A stretch of 64,000 bases of DNA from Victivallales bacterium. GTDB lineage: Bacteria > Verrucomicrobiota > Lentisphaeria > Victivallales > UBA1829. The notes below the pieces were generated by a model that worked only from the letters and a program-made list of their open reading frames with translations, was not told the origin of the DNA and searched no databases. The first letter of the stretch is position 1. The number at the start of each line of letters is the position of its first letter. The position numbers and the translations under genes are program-made. The stretch covers positions 4,737 to 68,736 of the forward strand of contig JAZUCU010000024.1 in NCBI GenBank assembly GCA_045639325.1. Reading direction: 5' to 3'. This document shows positions 10,245-19,746 of the stretch, piece after piece.

Positions 10245-10305
10245 AAGAATTTTTCCTGCTTCGGGCACGCTCCCTTTTTGGCTCCCCGATTCGTTTATAA
10301 GAGCA

Positions 10306-10349
10306 AAAAAAAGACGTCACAAGTTTTGAAAAACTGTGACGCCATTTTT
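10306..10349 (-). terminator. Probable intrinsic terminator of the Gfo/Idh/MocA gene
   Basis: CGTCACA...TGTGACG stem followed by T run on the minus strand. Confidence 0.55.
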
Positions 10350-10369
10350 ATTTTCAGTCAAATATCAGA

Positions 10370-11434
10370 TCAGACTTCGACTTCCTGATCCAATTCGCTG
10401 GATTTGTAAATAGCATCCAGGAGTTTCATGACAGCAAGACCCTGTTCCGCAGTTGCGGGAACTTCGCCTTTGCCTTGGATCGCAGCTGCAAACTTGCTGA
10501 CTTCCACTTCAAAGCCGCTGGTCTTATTGTTGTACTTGATATCAATATCCGTGACTTTGCCGTTGAATTCTGTGCAGAATTTGGTTACGCCGGTATTGGC
10601 TCCGACGCGGACCCCACCCTTGGTACCGAGCAATTCAACATAAGATTCATCAATGGTGTTGCAAGCCCAGGCAACGTCAAAGTCGAGTGTGCAGTTTTTG
10701 CCGAAACGGACAAAACCGGTTGCATAGTCATCGACGTCGAATGTGCCATCCATTTTCGGCGGACCAGCCCACATATCAATGAATTTGTAATCGGAGATGG
10801 GGGAACCGAATTTGGAATAAACTTTTGCGCTGACTTTTGTCGGATTCCAGTTGTTGGTTTCCCACATGACCAGGTCGAGGAAGTGAACTGCAATGTCGAT
10901 GAGACCGCCGCCGCCGGAACATGCTTTTGTTGTGAACCAGCCGCCGAGACCGGGAATACCGCGTCTGCGGATCAGACGGACGTGGATGTGATAGACATCG
11001 CCGAGGACGCCGTTTTCGATCTGTTCTTTCACGACCTGAGCTTCTGCCATCTGGCGCCAGACCATACCCATCTGAAGGAGTTTGCCGGATTTATTTTTTG
11101 CATCGATGATATCCTGAGCAAGTTTCTGGTTCAGGGTCATGGGTTTTTCCAGCAGAACGTTTTTGCCTGCATTCAATGCGTCGATTGCGATAGGAGCGTG
11201 CATGTTGTTGGGAACGCAGATGCTGACGCCTTCGATTTCCGGATCAGCGAGCAATTCTTTGTAATCAACGTATGTTTTTGCGATGTTGTGACGTTTTGCT
11301 TTTTCTGCAAGACGATCGGGGAGAATGTCGCACAATGCAACGACTTCAGCGTTGTCAACTTTTGCATAAGCATCTGCATGAACACTGCCGATGGTACCGC
11401 AACCGATGATACCGATTTTTGTTTTCTGGCACAT
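10370..11434 (-). CDS. Gfo/Idh/MocA family NAD(P)-dependent oxidoreductase
   Basis: IGIIGCGTIG Rossmann motif, LEKP, GGGLIDIAVHFLD. Confidence 0.93.
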   Translation of the reverse strand: MCQKTKIGIIGCGTIGSVHADAYAKVDNAEVVALCDILPDRLAEKAKRHNIAKTYVDYKELLADPEIEGVSICVPNNMHAPIAIDALNAGKNVLLEKPMTLNQKLAQDIIDAKNKSGKLLQMGMVWRQMAEAQVVKEQIENGVLGDVYHIHVRLIRRRGIPGLGGWFTTKACSGGGGLIDIAVHFLDLVMWETNNWNPTKVSAKVYSKFGSPISDYKFIDMWAGPPKMDGTFDVDDYATGFVRFGKNCTLDFDVAWACNTIDESYVELLGTKGGVRVGANTGVTKFCTEFNGKVTDIDIKYNNKTSGFEVEVSKFAAAIQGKGEVPATAEQGLAVMKLLDAIYKSSELDQEVEV

Positions 11435-11690
11435 TTTGAAAAATTCCTTTTAAAGTTTTTTACGTAAATAATTTTCTGTTCAGTTTTTCCGGCGAATCCG
11501 GTAAACTGTTGTTCTTAATATAACGGCTGAATATTCAATTTCAACCGAAAAAAAACTTTTTTTGAAAAAAAGTAGCTTTTTTTGATTTCTTTTTACCGGA
11601 TTCCGTTATAAACGATTGAAATCTTAATTTACGACCTCGGCCTCCGGCTTGCCCTTGTCCCGGAGCGGTAAGACAGGGCAGAGTTTTTTT

Positions 11691-11726
11691 GTCTGACCCG
11701 TCGGACTTGTCAGACTGGTCCGAAGG
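11691..11726. repeat. Four tandem 9-bp units with GTCnGAC core (REP-like)
   Basis: gtctgaccc gtcggactt gtcagactg gtccgaagg; related units at 14499-14548. Confidence 0.6.
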
Positions 11727-11753
11727 AGCGGAGCGAAAGAGAAAAACGGAATC

Positions 11754-12179
11754 TTACGCCAGCGGTTCGACCGGATCGGAAGATTCTGCGGGGCGGGATC
11801 GATGTGCCAATACATCTTCCAACCGTTTGATCAGATCATTGCCGGGTGCATCGAAATCTTCCCGTCGGTCTTCCGGGCTGGCAGAGAGAATATTTTCTGC
11901 AATGAGACGGTAAACAATGGTCCCGATGTCGGATCCGGTAAGCAATCCCCAATACTGGAAAACATGAGGTGCCATGGCTCCATATTCGTTGTATGCAAAT
12001 TCCAGGGAGCCGTCAATCAGCTCCTGCCCGGTGACGTGTCGTGACGCTGCATTATTTTTTGCGAACTTTGCGACAGTGAAAGTTACTGCGGAATTAACGA
12101 ACAGATAGGCATGATAATCGTAGTCACGGTACTGTGCAACGATGCTCATTAACTGATTTTTGAGGTTTTGATCATCCAT
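11754..12179 (-). CDS. Minf_1886/TIGR04138-like PVC-type conserved hypothetical protein
   Basis: Y..AY.FV, RHVTGQEL, YGAMAPHVFQYWG, DIG.IVY.LI, EDF pattern recalled for this family. Confidence 0.75.
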   Translation of the reverse strand: MDDQNLKNQLMSIVAQYRDYDYHAYLFVNSAVTFTVAKFAKNNAASRHVTGQELIDGSLEFAYNEYGAMAPHVFQYWGLLTGSDIGTIVYRLIAENILSASPEDRREDFDAPGNDLIKRLEDVLAHRSRPAESSDPVEPLA

Positions 12180-12316
12180 TTTCAATCTTTCTTTAATAAT
12201 TTTTCATAATATTATAATTTAAAATTTGATTTTTTCAATTCGGAATGATATAATATATAGAGTTTTTTTTGAAAAAATTAATATTTTCCTAAAAATTTAT
12301 AACAGGAGTAAGAACT

Positions 12317-13522
12317 ATGAAGAAAATCGTTGTCGCCTATTCCGGTGGTCTTGACACCTCCGTGATTGTCAAATGGGCAAAAGAAACATTCAATGCCGAA
12401 ATCGTTGCATATTGCGCAGACGTGGGTCAGGCAGAAGAAACAGACGGTCTGGAAGAAAAAGCGGTCAAAACCGGTGCTTCCAAATGTTACGTGGAAGATT
12501 TGACCGAAGAATTTGCCCGTGATTTCATCTTCCCCATGATCCAGGCAAATGCGATTTATGAAGGTAATTACCTCCTCGGTACATCCATTGCACGTCCCCT
12601 CATCGGTAAACGCCTCGTCGAAATCGCAAAACAGGAAGGCGCTGATGCTATTTGCCACGGTGCTACCGGTAAAGGTAACGACCAGGTCCGTTTCGAACTG
12701 GCAGCTTATGCTCTCGACCCCTCCATCAAAGTTATTGCCGCATGGCGCGATCCCAACTGGACTTTCAAGTCCCGTTCTGAAATGATCGAATACGCACGTG
12801 TTCACAATATCCCCGTCAGCTCCACTCTGAAGAAGCCGTACTCCATGGACCGCAACCTGTTGCACATCTCCTTCGAAGGCGGTATTCTGGAAGATCCCTG
12901 GGCAGAATGTCCGGAAGAAATTCACGTGATGACACGTCCCCTTTCCGAAGCAGAAGATACTCCCGAATATGTGGAAATCCACTTCGAAAAAGGTCTTGCA
13001 ACGCACGTCAACGGTGAAGCTCTCACTCCCTGCGGCGTCATGCGCAAACTCAATGAAATCGGTTCCAAACATGCTGTTGGCCGCGTCGACATCGTGGAAA
13101 ACCGTTTCGTCGGTATGAAATCCCGTGGCGTTTATGAAACACCTGCCGGTACCATCCTGATGGCTGCACACCGCGGTCTGGAACAGATCACAATGGACCG
13201 TGAAGTCATGTTCCTGCGTGACTCCTTCATCCCGACCTATGCCCGTTTGATCTACAATGGTTTCTGGTTTGCACCCGAACGTGAAATGCTTCAGGCTGCA
13301 ATCACAGAAAGCCAGAAGTTCGTCACCGGCGATGTCCGCGTGAAACTCTTCAAAGGCGCATGCCATGTTGTCGGCAGAAAGTCTGAATTCAGCTTGTATG
13401 ATGACAACCTCTCCACATTTGAAGAAGACAACGTTTACGATCAGACCGATGCAACCGGCTTTATCCGCCTGAACTCTCTGCGTCTGCGCACACTCGCAAA
13501 GAGCAAACAGCATCGTTATTGA
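12317..13522 (+). CDS. argG: Argininosuccinate synthase
   Basis: [41 protein letters not shown]. Confidence 0.98.
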   Translation: MKKIVVAYSGGLDTSVIVKWAKETFNAEIVAYCADVGQAEETDGLEEKAVKTGASKCYVEDLTEEFARDFIFPMIQANAIYEGNYLLGTSIARPLIGKRLVEIAKQEGADAICHGATGKGNDQVRFELAAYALDPSIKVIAAWRDPNWTFKSRSEMIEYARVHNIPVSSTLKKPYSMDRNLLHISFEGGILEDPWAECPEEIHVMTRPLSEAEDTPEYVEIHFEKGLATHVNGEALTPCGVMRKLNEIGSKHAVGRVDIVENRFVGMKSRGVYETPAGTILMAAHRGLEQITMDREVMFLRDSFIPTYARLIYNGFWFAPEREMLQAAITESQKFVTGDVRVKLFKGACHVVGRKSEFSLYDDNLSTFEEDNVYDQTDATGFIRLNSLRLRTLAKSKQHRY

Positions 13523-13558
13523 TCCACGTAATTTTATCTTATTTTGAGATAAATATAA

Positions 13559-13593
13559 GAACCCTGCATCAAATTTCTGATGCAGGGTTTTTT
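13559..13593 (+). terminator. Intrinsic terminator after argG
   Basis: AACCCTGCATCA-loop-TGATGCAGGGTT followed by T run. Confidence 0.8.
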
Positions 13594-13609
13594 AACTGTT
13601 TTTTATCCT

Positions 13610-14500
13610 ATGATTGCCAAACTGCAAACCAGCCATAAGGGTGTATTTTTCGCCATGCTCGGCGCAATGACTTATGGTATGAATCCTCTTTTTGCCCTGC
13701 CGATGTATAATCAGGGTATTTTTGCGGAATCGGTATTGTTTTACCGTTATCTTTTTGCAACCTTTCTGCTTGCCGTGTGGATGCTGTATGCAAAGATCCC
13801 ATTCCGGCTTTCCCGTGAAAATTTGATTCCGGCATTATTGGGAGGTCCGCTTTGCGGGATATCCTCTCTTACTTTATATATGAGTTATAAGGAAATGGAT
13901 GCGGGGCTGGCATCCACGCTGCTCTTTGTCTGCCCTGTTATGATCGCCTTGATCATGTTCTTTGGATTCAAGGAAAAATTGAGCGGATTCACGATCTTCG
14001 GGATCATTGGCGCATTTTTCGGTGTCGGGATTTTATCTTATACCGGTAATGGGGTCATGCTGCACTGGCTTGGGCTTCTGCTGGTCATGCTTTCCGCTTT
14101 ATCCTATGCCATATATATGGTTATGGTAAAAAAGACCGGTTTGAGCCGGATGAATCCGTTTCAACTTGTATTTTACGTAATGGCGGGCGGGATCCCGGTA
14201 TTTCTGCTTTACGGTTTCTTATTCCATGACGGTATACAATGGCTGCCCACGGTATCCTTATGGAGTTGTTCCTTTGCGCTGGGGTTGATCCCGTCGATCA
14301 TTTCTTTTGTTACTACGACCTATGGAATTCAATATATCGGCCCGACCAAAACGGCGGTCCTCAGTGCATTGGAGCCGCTGACTGCGGTTCTTTTCGGAGT
14401 CATGATCTTCGGGGAAGATTTTACATTCCGTCTTTGTCTGGGAATACTTGTGATATGTACCGCTGTTACTTTTACGATTCTCGGCGGCGAAAAAAAATGA
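13610..14500 (+). CDS. EamA/DMT family transporter
   Basis: About 10 hydrophobic helices in two repeats, IGPTKTAVLSALEP; the track start 13580 lies inside the argG terminator so 13610 is preferred. Confidence 0.88.
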   Translation: MIAKLQTSHKGVFFAMLGAMTYGMNPLFALPMYNQGIFAESVLFYRYLFATFLLAVWMLYAKIPFRLSRENLIPALLGGPLCGISSLTLYMSYKEMDAGLASTLLFVCPVMIALIMFFGFKEKLSGFTIFGIIGAFFGVGILSYTGNGVMLHWLGLLLVMLSALSYAIYMVMVKKTGLSRMNPFQLVFYVMAGGIPVFLLYGFLFHDGIQWLPTVSLWSCSFALGLIPSIISFVTTTYGIQYIGPTKTAVLSALEPLTAVLFGVMIFGEDFTFRLCLGILVICTAVTFTILGGEKK

Positions 14501-14548
14501 TCGGACGGATCGGACGGAATTTTATTGTTCTGTCCGACTGGTCCGATC
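14499..14548. repeat. REP-like imperfect palindrome built from TCGGAC/GTCCGA units
   Basis: GATCGGACGGATCGGACGGAA ... TTCTGTCCGACTGGTCCGATC between convergent genes. Confidence 0.65.
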
Positions 14549-14569
14549 TTCTTTTATGACTTTTTGTAA

Positions 14570-15667
14570 TCAGTCTTTCATTGTAATGATCCGGTCGATC
14601 ACGGGTGCCATGCGTTTGGCAATCATGTAGAAACCAAGGTCCGTCGCATGGACTCCGTCAACAGTACATTCGGCGGGATCGATGCCGTAGAGAGATGTGC
14701 CATCAAGGAAGTGGATGTTTTTGTCGCCTGCATCGCGGCGTTTGCGTAATTCCTCCATGTGGATTTCCTGATAGGCATAGCGTTCTTCGGAATATTCATA
14801 TTCATCGTTTATTTCAGATGCATAAGGCAGTTTGGAAACCAGAAGGAGCGGTGTTTCCGGATGTTTTTTGCGGAGAATGTCGATAAAGTTGCTCAAGGTG
14901 GCGCGGAGTCCGTCAACATGTGCGTTGGCATCATAATCCAATACGATCATGGCAGGATTTTCGATATCTGCAATGAGTTCCGCCATGGCAGGTTCGCCTT
15001 TGCCGTTGCCGGAAAACGCAAGGTTGATGAACGGACGGTTCAGCATACGGCTCATCTGATTCGTATGGCTCATGCCCGGACGGGATGCGCAGCCGCCCTG
15101 CTGGATGGAGGTTCCGTACACAACAACGGGGCGGTCATCTTTCCACGGCGTCGGTTTTTCAATGACGGCGCCTTCTGTCAGACCGATCCGGAGATAGTCG
15201 ACGCCGGAATACAGGGGGAAATGGATGGTGACTTCCCGCATTTTACTTTCTGCTAACGGTCCCAGGACGGGGGTGATATAATCATTCTGATTCTGATTGA
15301 AGCGGGTGGATTGACGATAGAATTTTCTGTCACCGGAGCCAAGATAGACGTCGAAACCCATACTGCCGACATGCGCCATGTGGTCCATTTTGCTGTTATT
15401 GCCGGTTTTTACATCAAGGCGGATTTCTTTTGCATTTGTTTTGAAACGGAGCATTACGCCGGATGTTTCCCAGGAAAGAAAGTCAACACCGGTCGAAACG
15501 GTTGCATCCAGCGGAATACGGCGGAATGGATCACCCGGTTTGTACCAGTAAAGACCATTGAGTTCAAAATTGGGCTCATCAACGGTATACCAGTCCATAC
15601 CGTCATGATTTGCAACTTTTGCTGCCATTGCCTTATCGATTTTATCGATATTGAGTTCTTCAGCCAT
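14570..15667 (-). CDS. SGNH/GDSL hydrolase (GxDLY-type N-terminal domain), probable esterase
   Basis: GFDVY, YGTSIQQG (block I), FSGNG, DGVH. Confidence 0.85.
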   Translation of the reverse strand: MAEELNIDKIDKAMAAKVANHDGMDWYTVDEPNFELNGLYWYKPGDPFRRIPLDATVSTGVDFLSWETSGVMLRFKTNAKEIRLDVKTGNNSKMDHMAHVGSMGFDVYLGSGDRKFYRQSTRFNQNQNDYITPVLGPLAESKMREVTIHFPLYSGVDYLRIGLTEGAVIEKPTPWKDDRPVVVYGTSIQQGGCASRPGMSHTNQMSRMLNRPFINLAFSGNGKGEPAMAELIADIENPAMIVLDYDANAHVDGLRATLSNFIDILRKKHPETPLLLVSKLPYASEINDEYEYSEERYAYQEIHMEELRKRRDAGDKNIHFLDGTSLYGIDPAECTVDGVHATDLGFYMIAKRMAPVIDRIITMKD

Positions 15668-15723
15668 GATATAAAATCCTTATGTTAAAATCAGAGTTTG
15701 AAAAAATATATGGTCGTATGCGG

Positions 15724-16125
15724 TCAGTAATCTACTTTTCCTCGATTGCGTTTGACTTCGGATCGACGGGATTTTCCGGCGAGGCGGCGTTCCACGGAGG
15801 CACGGGTCGGCTTGGTTTTCTTCCGTTTTTTCGGGACGATTGCCGCAGCATCAAGAAGCGTGATCAAACGATGCTGTGCCATTTCCCGGTTACGCAAAAG
15901 AGAACGGGATTCCCGTACCTGGATCACAATTTCATCGCCTTGTATCCAAGGGGCGGCAATGGAAGACAAACGTTCTTTCATGTCATCGGGTAGAATGGCG
16001 CACTGCAGATATTTGAAATGCAAACGCACGGCACTCTCCGTCCGGTTGACATGCTGTCCGCCGGGGCCGGATGCACTGCGTACGAATTCTTCGTACAAAT
16101 CTTCCTGAGAAATATTCCAATTCAT
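15724..16125 (-). CDS. arfB: Alternative ribosome rescue factor B (peptidyl-tRNA hydrolase)
   Basis: ASGPGGQHVNRTESAV GGQ motif; basic tail KTKPTRASVERRL..K.RRSEVK..R. Confidence 0.93.
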   Translation of the reverse strand: MNWNISQEDLYEEFVRSASGPGGQHVNRTESAVRLHFKYLQCAILPDDMKERLSSIAAPWIQGDEIVIQVRESRSLLRNREMAQHRLITLLDAAAIVPKKRKKTKPTRASVERRLAGKSRRSEVKRNRGKVDY

Positions 16126-17303
16126 TATAACTGCTTGCTTTCTGCTAAATTGTGGAATCCCTGAAGGAAGCCGTCGAGGGTATAACGTTCGGTGACATAG
16201 AAACGCCCGGCTTCGCCCATTTGACGGCGGAGTCTGACATCTTTCAGCAACAATTCCAATTTTTCAATGATACCTTTTTCATCATGACAATCCAGCAGGA
16301 AACCGGTGTGCCCATCGGAAATAAATTCGGATGTTCCGCCTGCATCGGTTGCAATAACGGGCAGTCCGTATGAGGCGGCGATTGCGCCTTCCGTATTGAA
16401 TGTTTCCTGTTCCCGGTAAGGATAAAGGGCAATGTCCGACGTACGGAAAAGATCTTTGCGGTTGAGCTGCCAACCGGGGAATTCCACATTGCCGCGAATC
16501 TTGAGTTTCTTGCTCAGTTCAACAAACGCATCCCAGTCCTTGCCGTCACCAGCGAGACGGGCGCGATAAGGCTGTTTCAGTTTGGAAAGGATCCGGAGAA
16601 ATTTATCGCCGCCTTTCCCGTAAATCATGGGGCCGGAAAACAGAATCACCGGCGGGCCGCCATCAATGGAACCCGCATGTTCCACCCGGGGAATCGTGAG
16701 ATATGGCGGGAGGACGAAGATACGTTCTTCTTCAATTCCGCAACGGATGAGATCCTCTTTCATCATAGGGGAAAGAACTGCGAACCGGGGAATGGTTTTG
16801 AACAGATTGTATCGGATGGGGAAGGTCAGGAATTTTTCTTCCATCGCCCGCAGAAAACCGCCGTGCCACGCTGACGGACGGACGCATAATCCACAAAGCC
16901 CGCAGCGCAGATATTGATAGGGGCGGGTACAGTTTTTATGAGAAATCATAAAGTTCTTCAAGCGGCGCGGACAATAATAGTCGTGATCGTGTACGACAAG
17001 AGTCAATTTATCCGGGAAGCACGCCAATGCCCGTTTCAGCAGGGGCAGTTCCGGAATTTTGTTGAGCAGAACGATATCGCTTTCCGCTGCCTGACCTTCC
17101 AACGCTCCGACGGAATCGAAAATATTCAGGAATTGTTCCGAGCCGCGCACGGTCTTGCGGAATGAACCGCGTACTGTCACGCCATTCTCCCGCAAGGTTT
17201 TTGCAGAATGATAGATCCACCGTTCCACCGGACCACGGAAGCCGGCATAAAACGAGGCAAACATAACATTTAATTTTTTACCACTGGCGGCGGACGTCAA
17301 CAT
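16125..17303 (-). CDS. Glycosyltransferase family 4
   Basis: GT-B fold motifs HDHDYYCP, KGGD, AGDG, VEFPGW, GLPVIATDAGG, DGHTGFL. Confidence 0.85.
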   Translation of the reverse strand: MLTSAASGKKLNVMFASFYAGFRGPVERWIYHSAKTLRENGVTVRGSFRKTVRGSEQFLNIFDSVGALEGQAAESDIVLLNKIPELPLLKRALACFPDKLTLVVHDHDYYCPRRLKNFMISHKNCTRPYQYLRCGLCGLCVRPSAWHGGFLRAMEEKFLTFPIRYNLFKTIPRFAVLSPMMKEDLIRCGIEEERIFVLPPYLTIPRVEHAGSIDGGPPVILFSGPMIYGKGGDKFLRILSKLKQPYRARLAGDGKDWDAFVELSKKLKIRGNVEFPGWQLNRKDLFRTSDIALYPYREQETFNTEGAIAASYGLPVIATDAGGTSEFISDGHTGFLLDCHDEKGIIEKLELLLKDVRLRRQMGEAGRFYVTERYTLDGFLQGFHNLAESKQL

Positions 17304-17632
17304 TTTATTTTCTCCAAAGCTTCGGCAACTGTCCCGGTCTCAATAAAGGCATAAGCCTTGTTGATGGAAAATGCGATTCTTGCGGCAGATTGCAGACATG
17401 CCAGAATCAAAAGTCCGTTTGAACAGTAAATATCCTGCCAGACTTCCAGCAACATCTGAATTCCCTGGGAACCGATCAGATTCAGTTCGCTCAAATCCAG
17501 AATGATCTGTTTGTGTTTCCGGAAGACGGAACAAATCCGGCGTTCCAGTCGATTGATCTCGGAAGAGAGAACCACATCTCCGGAAACGGAAATGATCATA
17601 CAGTTATTTACAGATTTTTCTTTTAATTCCAT
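17297..17632 (-). CDS. STAS domain protein (anti-sigma factor antagonist-like)
   Basis: 111 aa, ISVSGDV, IILDLSELNLIGSQGI, TVAEAL. Confidence 0.75.
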   Translation of the reverse strand: MELKEKSVNNCMIISVSGDVVLSSEINRLERRICSVFRKHKQIILDLSELNLIGSQGIQMLLEVWQDIYCSNGLLILACLQSAARIAFSINKAYAFIETGTVAEALEKIKC

Positions 17633-17818
17633 TGCATTTACCACATTAATCATCTGTTCAGCAGAAATATACATCATTTCCCGACTTTCGCAAGGGATTT
17701 TTATAATTTTTTTCAAAAAAAACAGATATATTGAATAAATCACTTGATTTTTTTATCGGGGCAGGTTAAATTAAGAGTAGAGCATGTCCTATCCGCACTT
17801 TATGTTAAGGAGTTGAAA

Positions 17819-18112
17819 ATGTGCCAACTTGATCGTCTCTACTGTCTGAAAGCTCAAATCAATGAAATTGCCCGGCGACATAACGCTGAAAAAGTGTATG
17901 TCTTCGGGTCTTGTGCGCGCAAAGAGGAAACGCCTGCAAGTGATATTGATTTTCTTGCTGATTTTAACGATCGGGCATCACTTTTTGATCAAGTTGGGTT
18001 GCAGCTTGATCTCTCTGATATGTTAAAATGCAAGGTTGATGTTATACCTTTATCCGCACTGGCTGATCCTGCTTTCGGCGCAAGTGCAAAAAAAGATATG
18101 GTGGCATTATGA
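17819..18112 (+). CDS. MNT-type minimal nucleotidyltransferase (MntA-like antitoxin)
   Basis: FGSCARKEETPASDIDFL = GS-x10-DxD; 97 aa; SD AAGGAG before 17819. Confidence 0.88.
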   Translation: MCQLDRLYCLKAQINEIARRHNAEKVYVFGSCARKEETPASDIDFLADFNDRASLFDQVGLQLDLSDMLKCKVDVIPLSALADPAFGASAKKDMVAL

Positions 18113-18186
18113 TTCATGACCGTCAGCGTATTGAGCATATCTTGAATGCTATTGAAAAAATTAATAATACTGTGTCAAACGTTTAA
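18109..18186 (+). pseudogene. Truncated HEPN/DUF86 (HepT-like) toxin, first 25 codons only
   Basis: ATGA overlap with the MNT stop; MIHDRQRIEHILNAIEKINNTVSNV* matches the D..R..HIL.AI..I start of DUF86 toxins; no room for the remainder. Confidence 0.7.
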
Positions 18187-18210
18187 AATTTTTATTTTCC
18201 AATTATAAAA

Positions 18211-18264
18211 AACAACCCGGGGCAGGGTGAGAGTAAATCTCAATTCTGCACCGGGTTTGTTTTT
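18211..18264. terminator. Probable bidirectional terminator
   Basis: AACCCGG-GCAG...CTGC-CCGGGTT stem with flanking A/T runs between convergent genes. Confidence 0.6.
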
Positions 18265-18280
18265 ATGACAAAACGATTGC

Positions 18281-19486
18281 TTATGCCATCTTTGTCAAAG
18301 AATTTTCATAGATCCGTTTGACGGCTTCCGCTGTCGCTTCGGTCGGAGCCAGAGAAAGCAGGCCGCCCAGAGACGGTGTGGTGAATGTCAGATTGACCAG
18401 TTTATCCAGATCGGCTGCGGTGTAACCTTCGTCCGTCAGTTTCTGCGGGACGCCGGATGCTGCCAGCCATTCTTCCACACCTTTTGCCGCTGCCGCAGCT
18501 TCGGAAGGTTCGCCTTTCAAGCCCGGGACGAGGGGTGCCAGGATGTCGGCAAGAACAACCGGTTTTGCAGGATAGATTTCAAGGATCACAGCCGGCAGAA
18601 GCATGGAGAGACCAAGACCATGTGCCAATTCCGGTTTGACACCACTCAGCGGATGTTCCAATGCATGGGTGTAATGCAGCAAGCCGTTATCGAATGCCAC
18701 TCCGGCAAGCATAGAAGCGTAGAGCAGGTAATAACGGGCTTCCAGATCGGCGGGATCTTTTTCTGCAATCGGCAGATACTGGGCGATCAGAGACAGCACT
18801 TCGCGGGCGAGAGAGATGGAAAGCGGACTTGCGGCTTTGCTGGTTGCGGCTTCCACACAGTGGTTGATCGCGTCGATACTGACATAACGGGTCTGTTTCG
18901 GAGAAAGACCGGTCATCAATGCGGGGTCATCAATGGACCATGTGGGATAAATGCAATCGTAAGCGATGGCGGGCTTGTATTCTTTTTCAAGAATGGTTGC
19001 CACCGCAAAACGGTCCGCTTCTGTACCGGTACCATGTGTCAGATTGACAGCCACGATGGGGACGGCATTGACCGGTGTAAACTTCATTTCGTAAAGGTCC
19101 TGCGCGGTATTACCGGGATTCGCCAACAGGATTGCAGCACTCTTACCGGCATCGATGGGGCTTCCGCCGCCGATTGCGATAACGGCTTTTGCATCGGGAG
19201 CGGCTGCAACTGCGGCATCGATCTGTTCGGTTGTGGGGTTGGGTGTGACCTGATCGAAGAGAGTGAAAGCGATACCGCGGGAATCAAGAGCGGGTTTGAT
19301 CACATCCCATGCGCCGGTTGCCTTGTATGCACCGCGACCGGAGACGATGAGAACGTTTTTGATGTTGCGAGCGACGAGTTGATCAGCGATGTCATTGATT
19401 TTCTGAATGGCACCGCATCCGAAATAAACCAGAGTTCTAAGTCTGAATTCGGAAACTTCGTGAATGTTTATGCTGTTTTTGAACAT
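18281..19486 (-). CDS. Iron-containing alcohol dehydrogenase
   Basis: AIGGGSPIDAGK, THGTGTE, DAINH, HALEH, HGLG. Confidence 0.93.
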   Translation of the reverse strand: MFKNSINIHEVSEFRLRTLVYFGCGAIQKINDIADQLVARNIKNVLIVSGRGAYKATGAWDVIKPALDSRGIAFTLFDQVTPNPTTEQIDAAVAAAPDAKAVIAIGGGSPIDAGKSAAILLANPGNTAQDLYEMKFTPVNAVPIVAVNLTHGTGTEADRFAVATILEKEYKPAIAYDCIYPTWSIDDPALMTGLSPKQTRYVSIDAINHCVEAATSKAASPLSISLAREVLSLIAQYLPIAEKDPADLEARYYLLYASMLAGVAFDNGLLHYTHALEHPLSGVKPELAHGLGLSMLLPAVILEIYPAKPVVLADILAPLVPGLKGEPSEAAAAAKGVEEWLAASGVPQKLTDEGYTAADLDKLVNLTFTTPSLGGLLSLAPTEATAEAVKRIYENSLTKMA

Positions 19487-19672
19487 AATATGTCTCCTTG
19501 AGTTAAATTGATGATAGACCGGACGCTTTATCCGGCTGTTAAATTCTATGGTAATTTATCACCATTTCTCTCTGATTGCAAATGAAAAACTGATATATTC
19601 GTTATTTTTTTATCTATTTTCATTTTTTTGTGTGTAGTAGGAAAGTTTCTGAGAAATTATAACAATTTGGAT

Positions 19673-19726
19673 TTGACATTTATATTATTTGTGATAAATT
19701 AATTTAGTATTATCGGATATCCGATA
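19673..19726 (+). promoter_or_regulatory. Sigma70-like promoter followed by a perfect 16-bp palindrome
   Basis: TTGACA 19673-19678, TGnTAAATT ending 19700 (16-bp spacer), TATCGGATATCCGATA 19711-19726. Confidence 0.5.
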
Positions 19727-19746
19727 GCTCTTTTGAAACCGACATA

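Noticed and set aside
19645-19706. Rex-like operators upstream of adh
   Set aside because: Only half-site matches to TTGTGAA-N4-TTCACAA in AT-rich DNA
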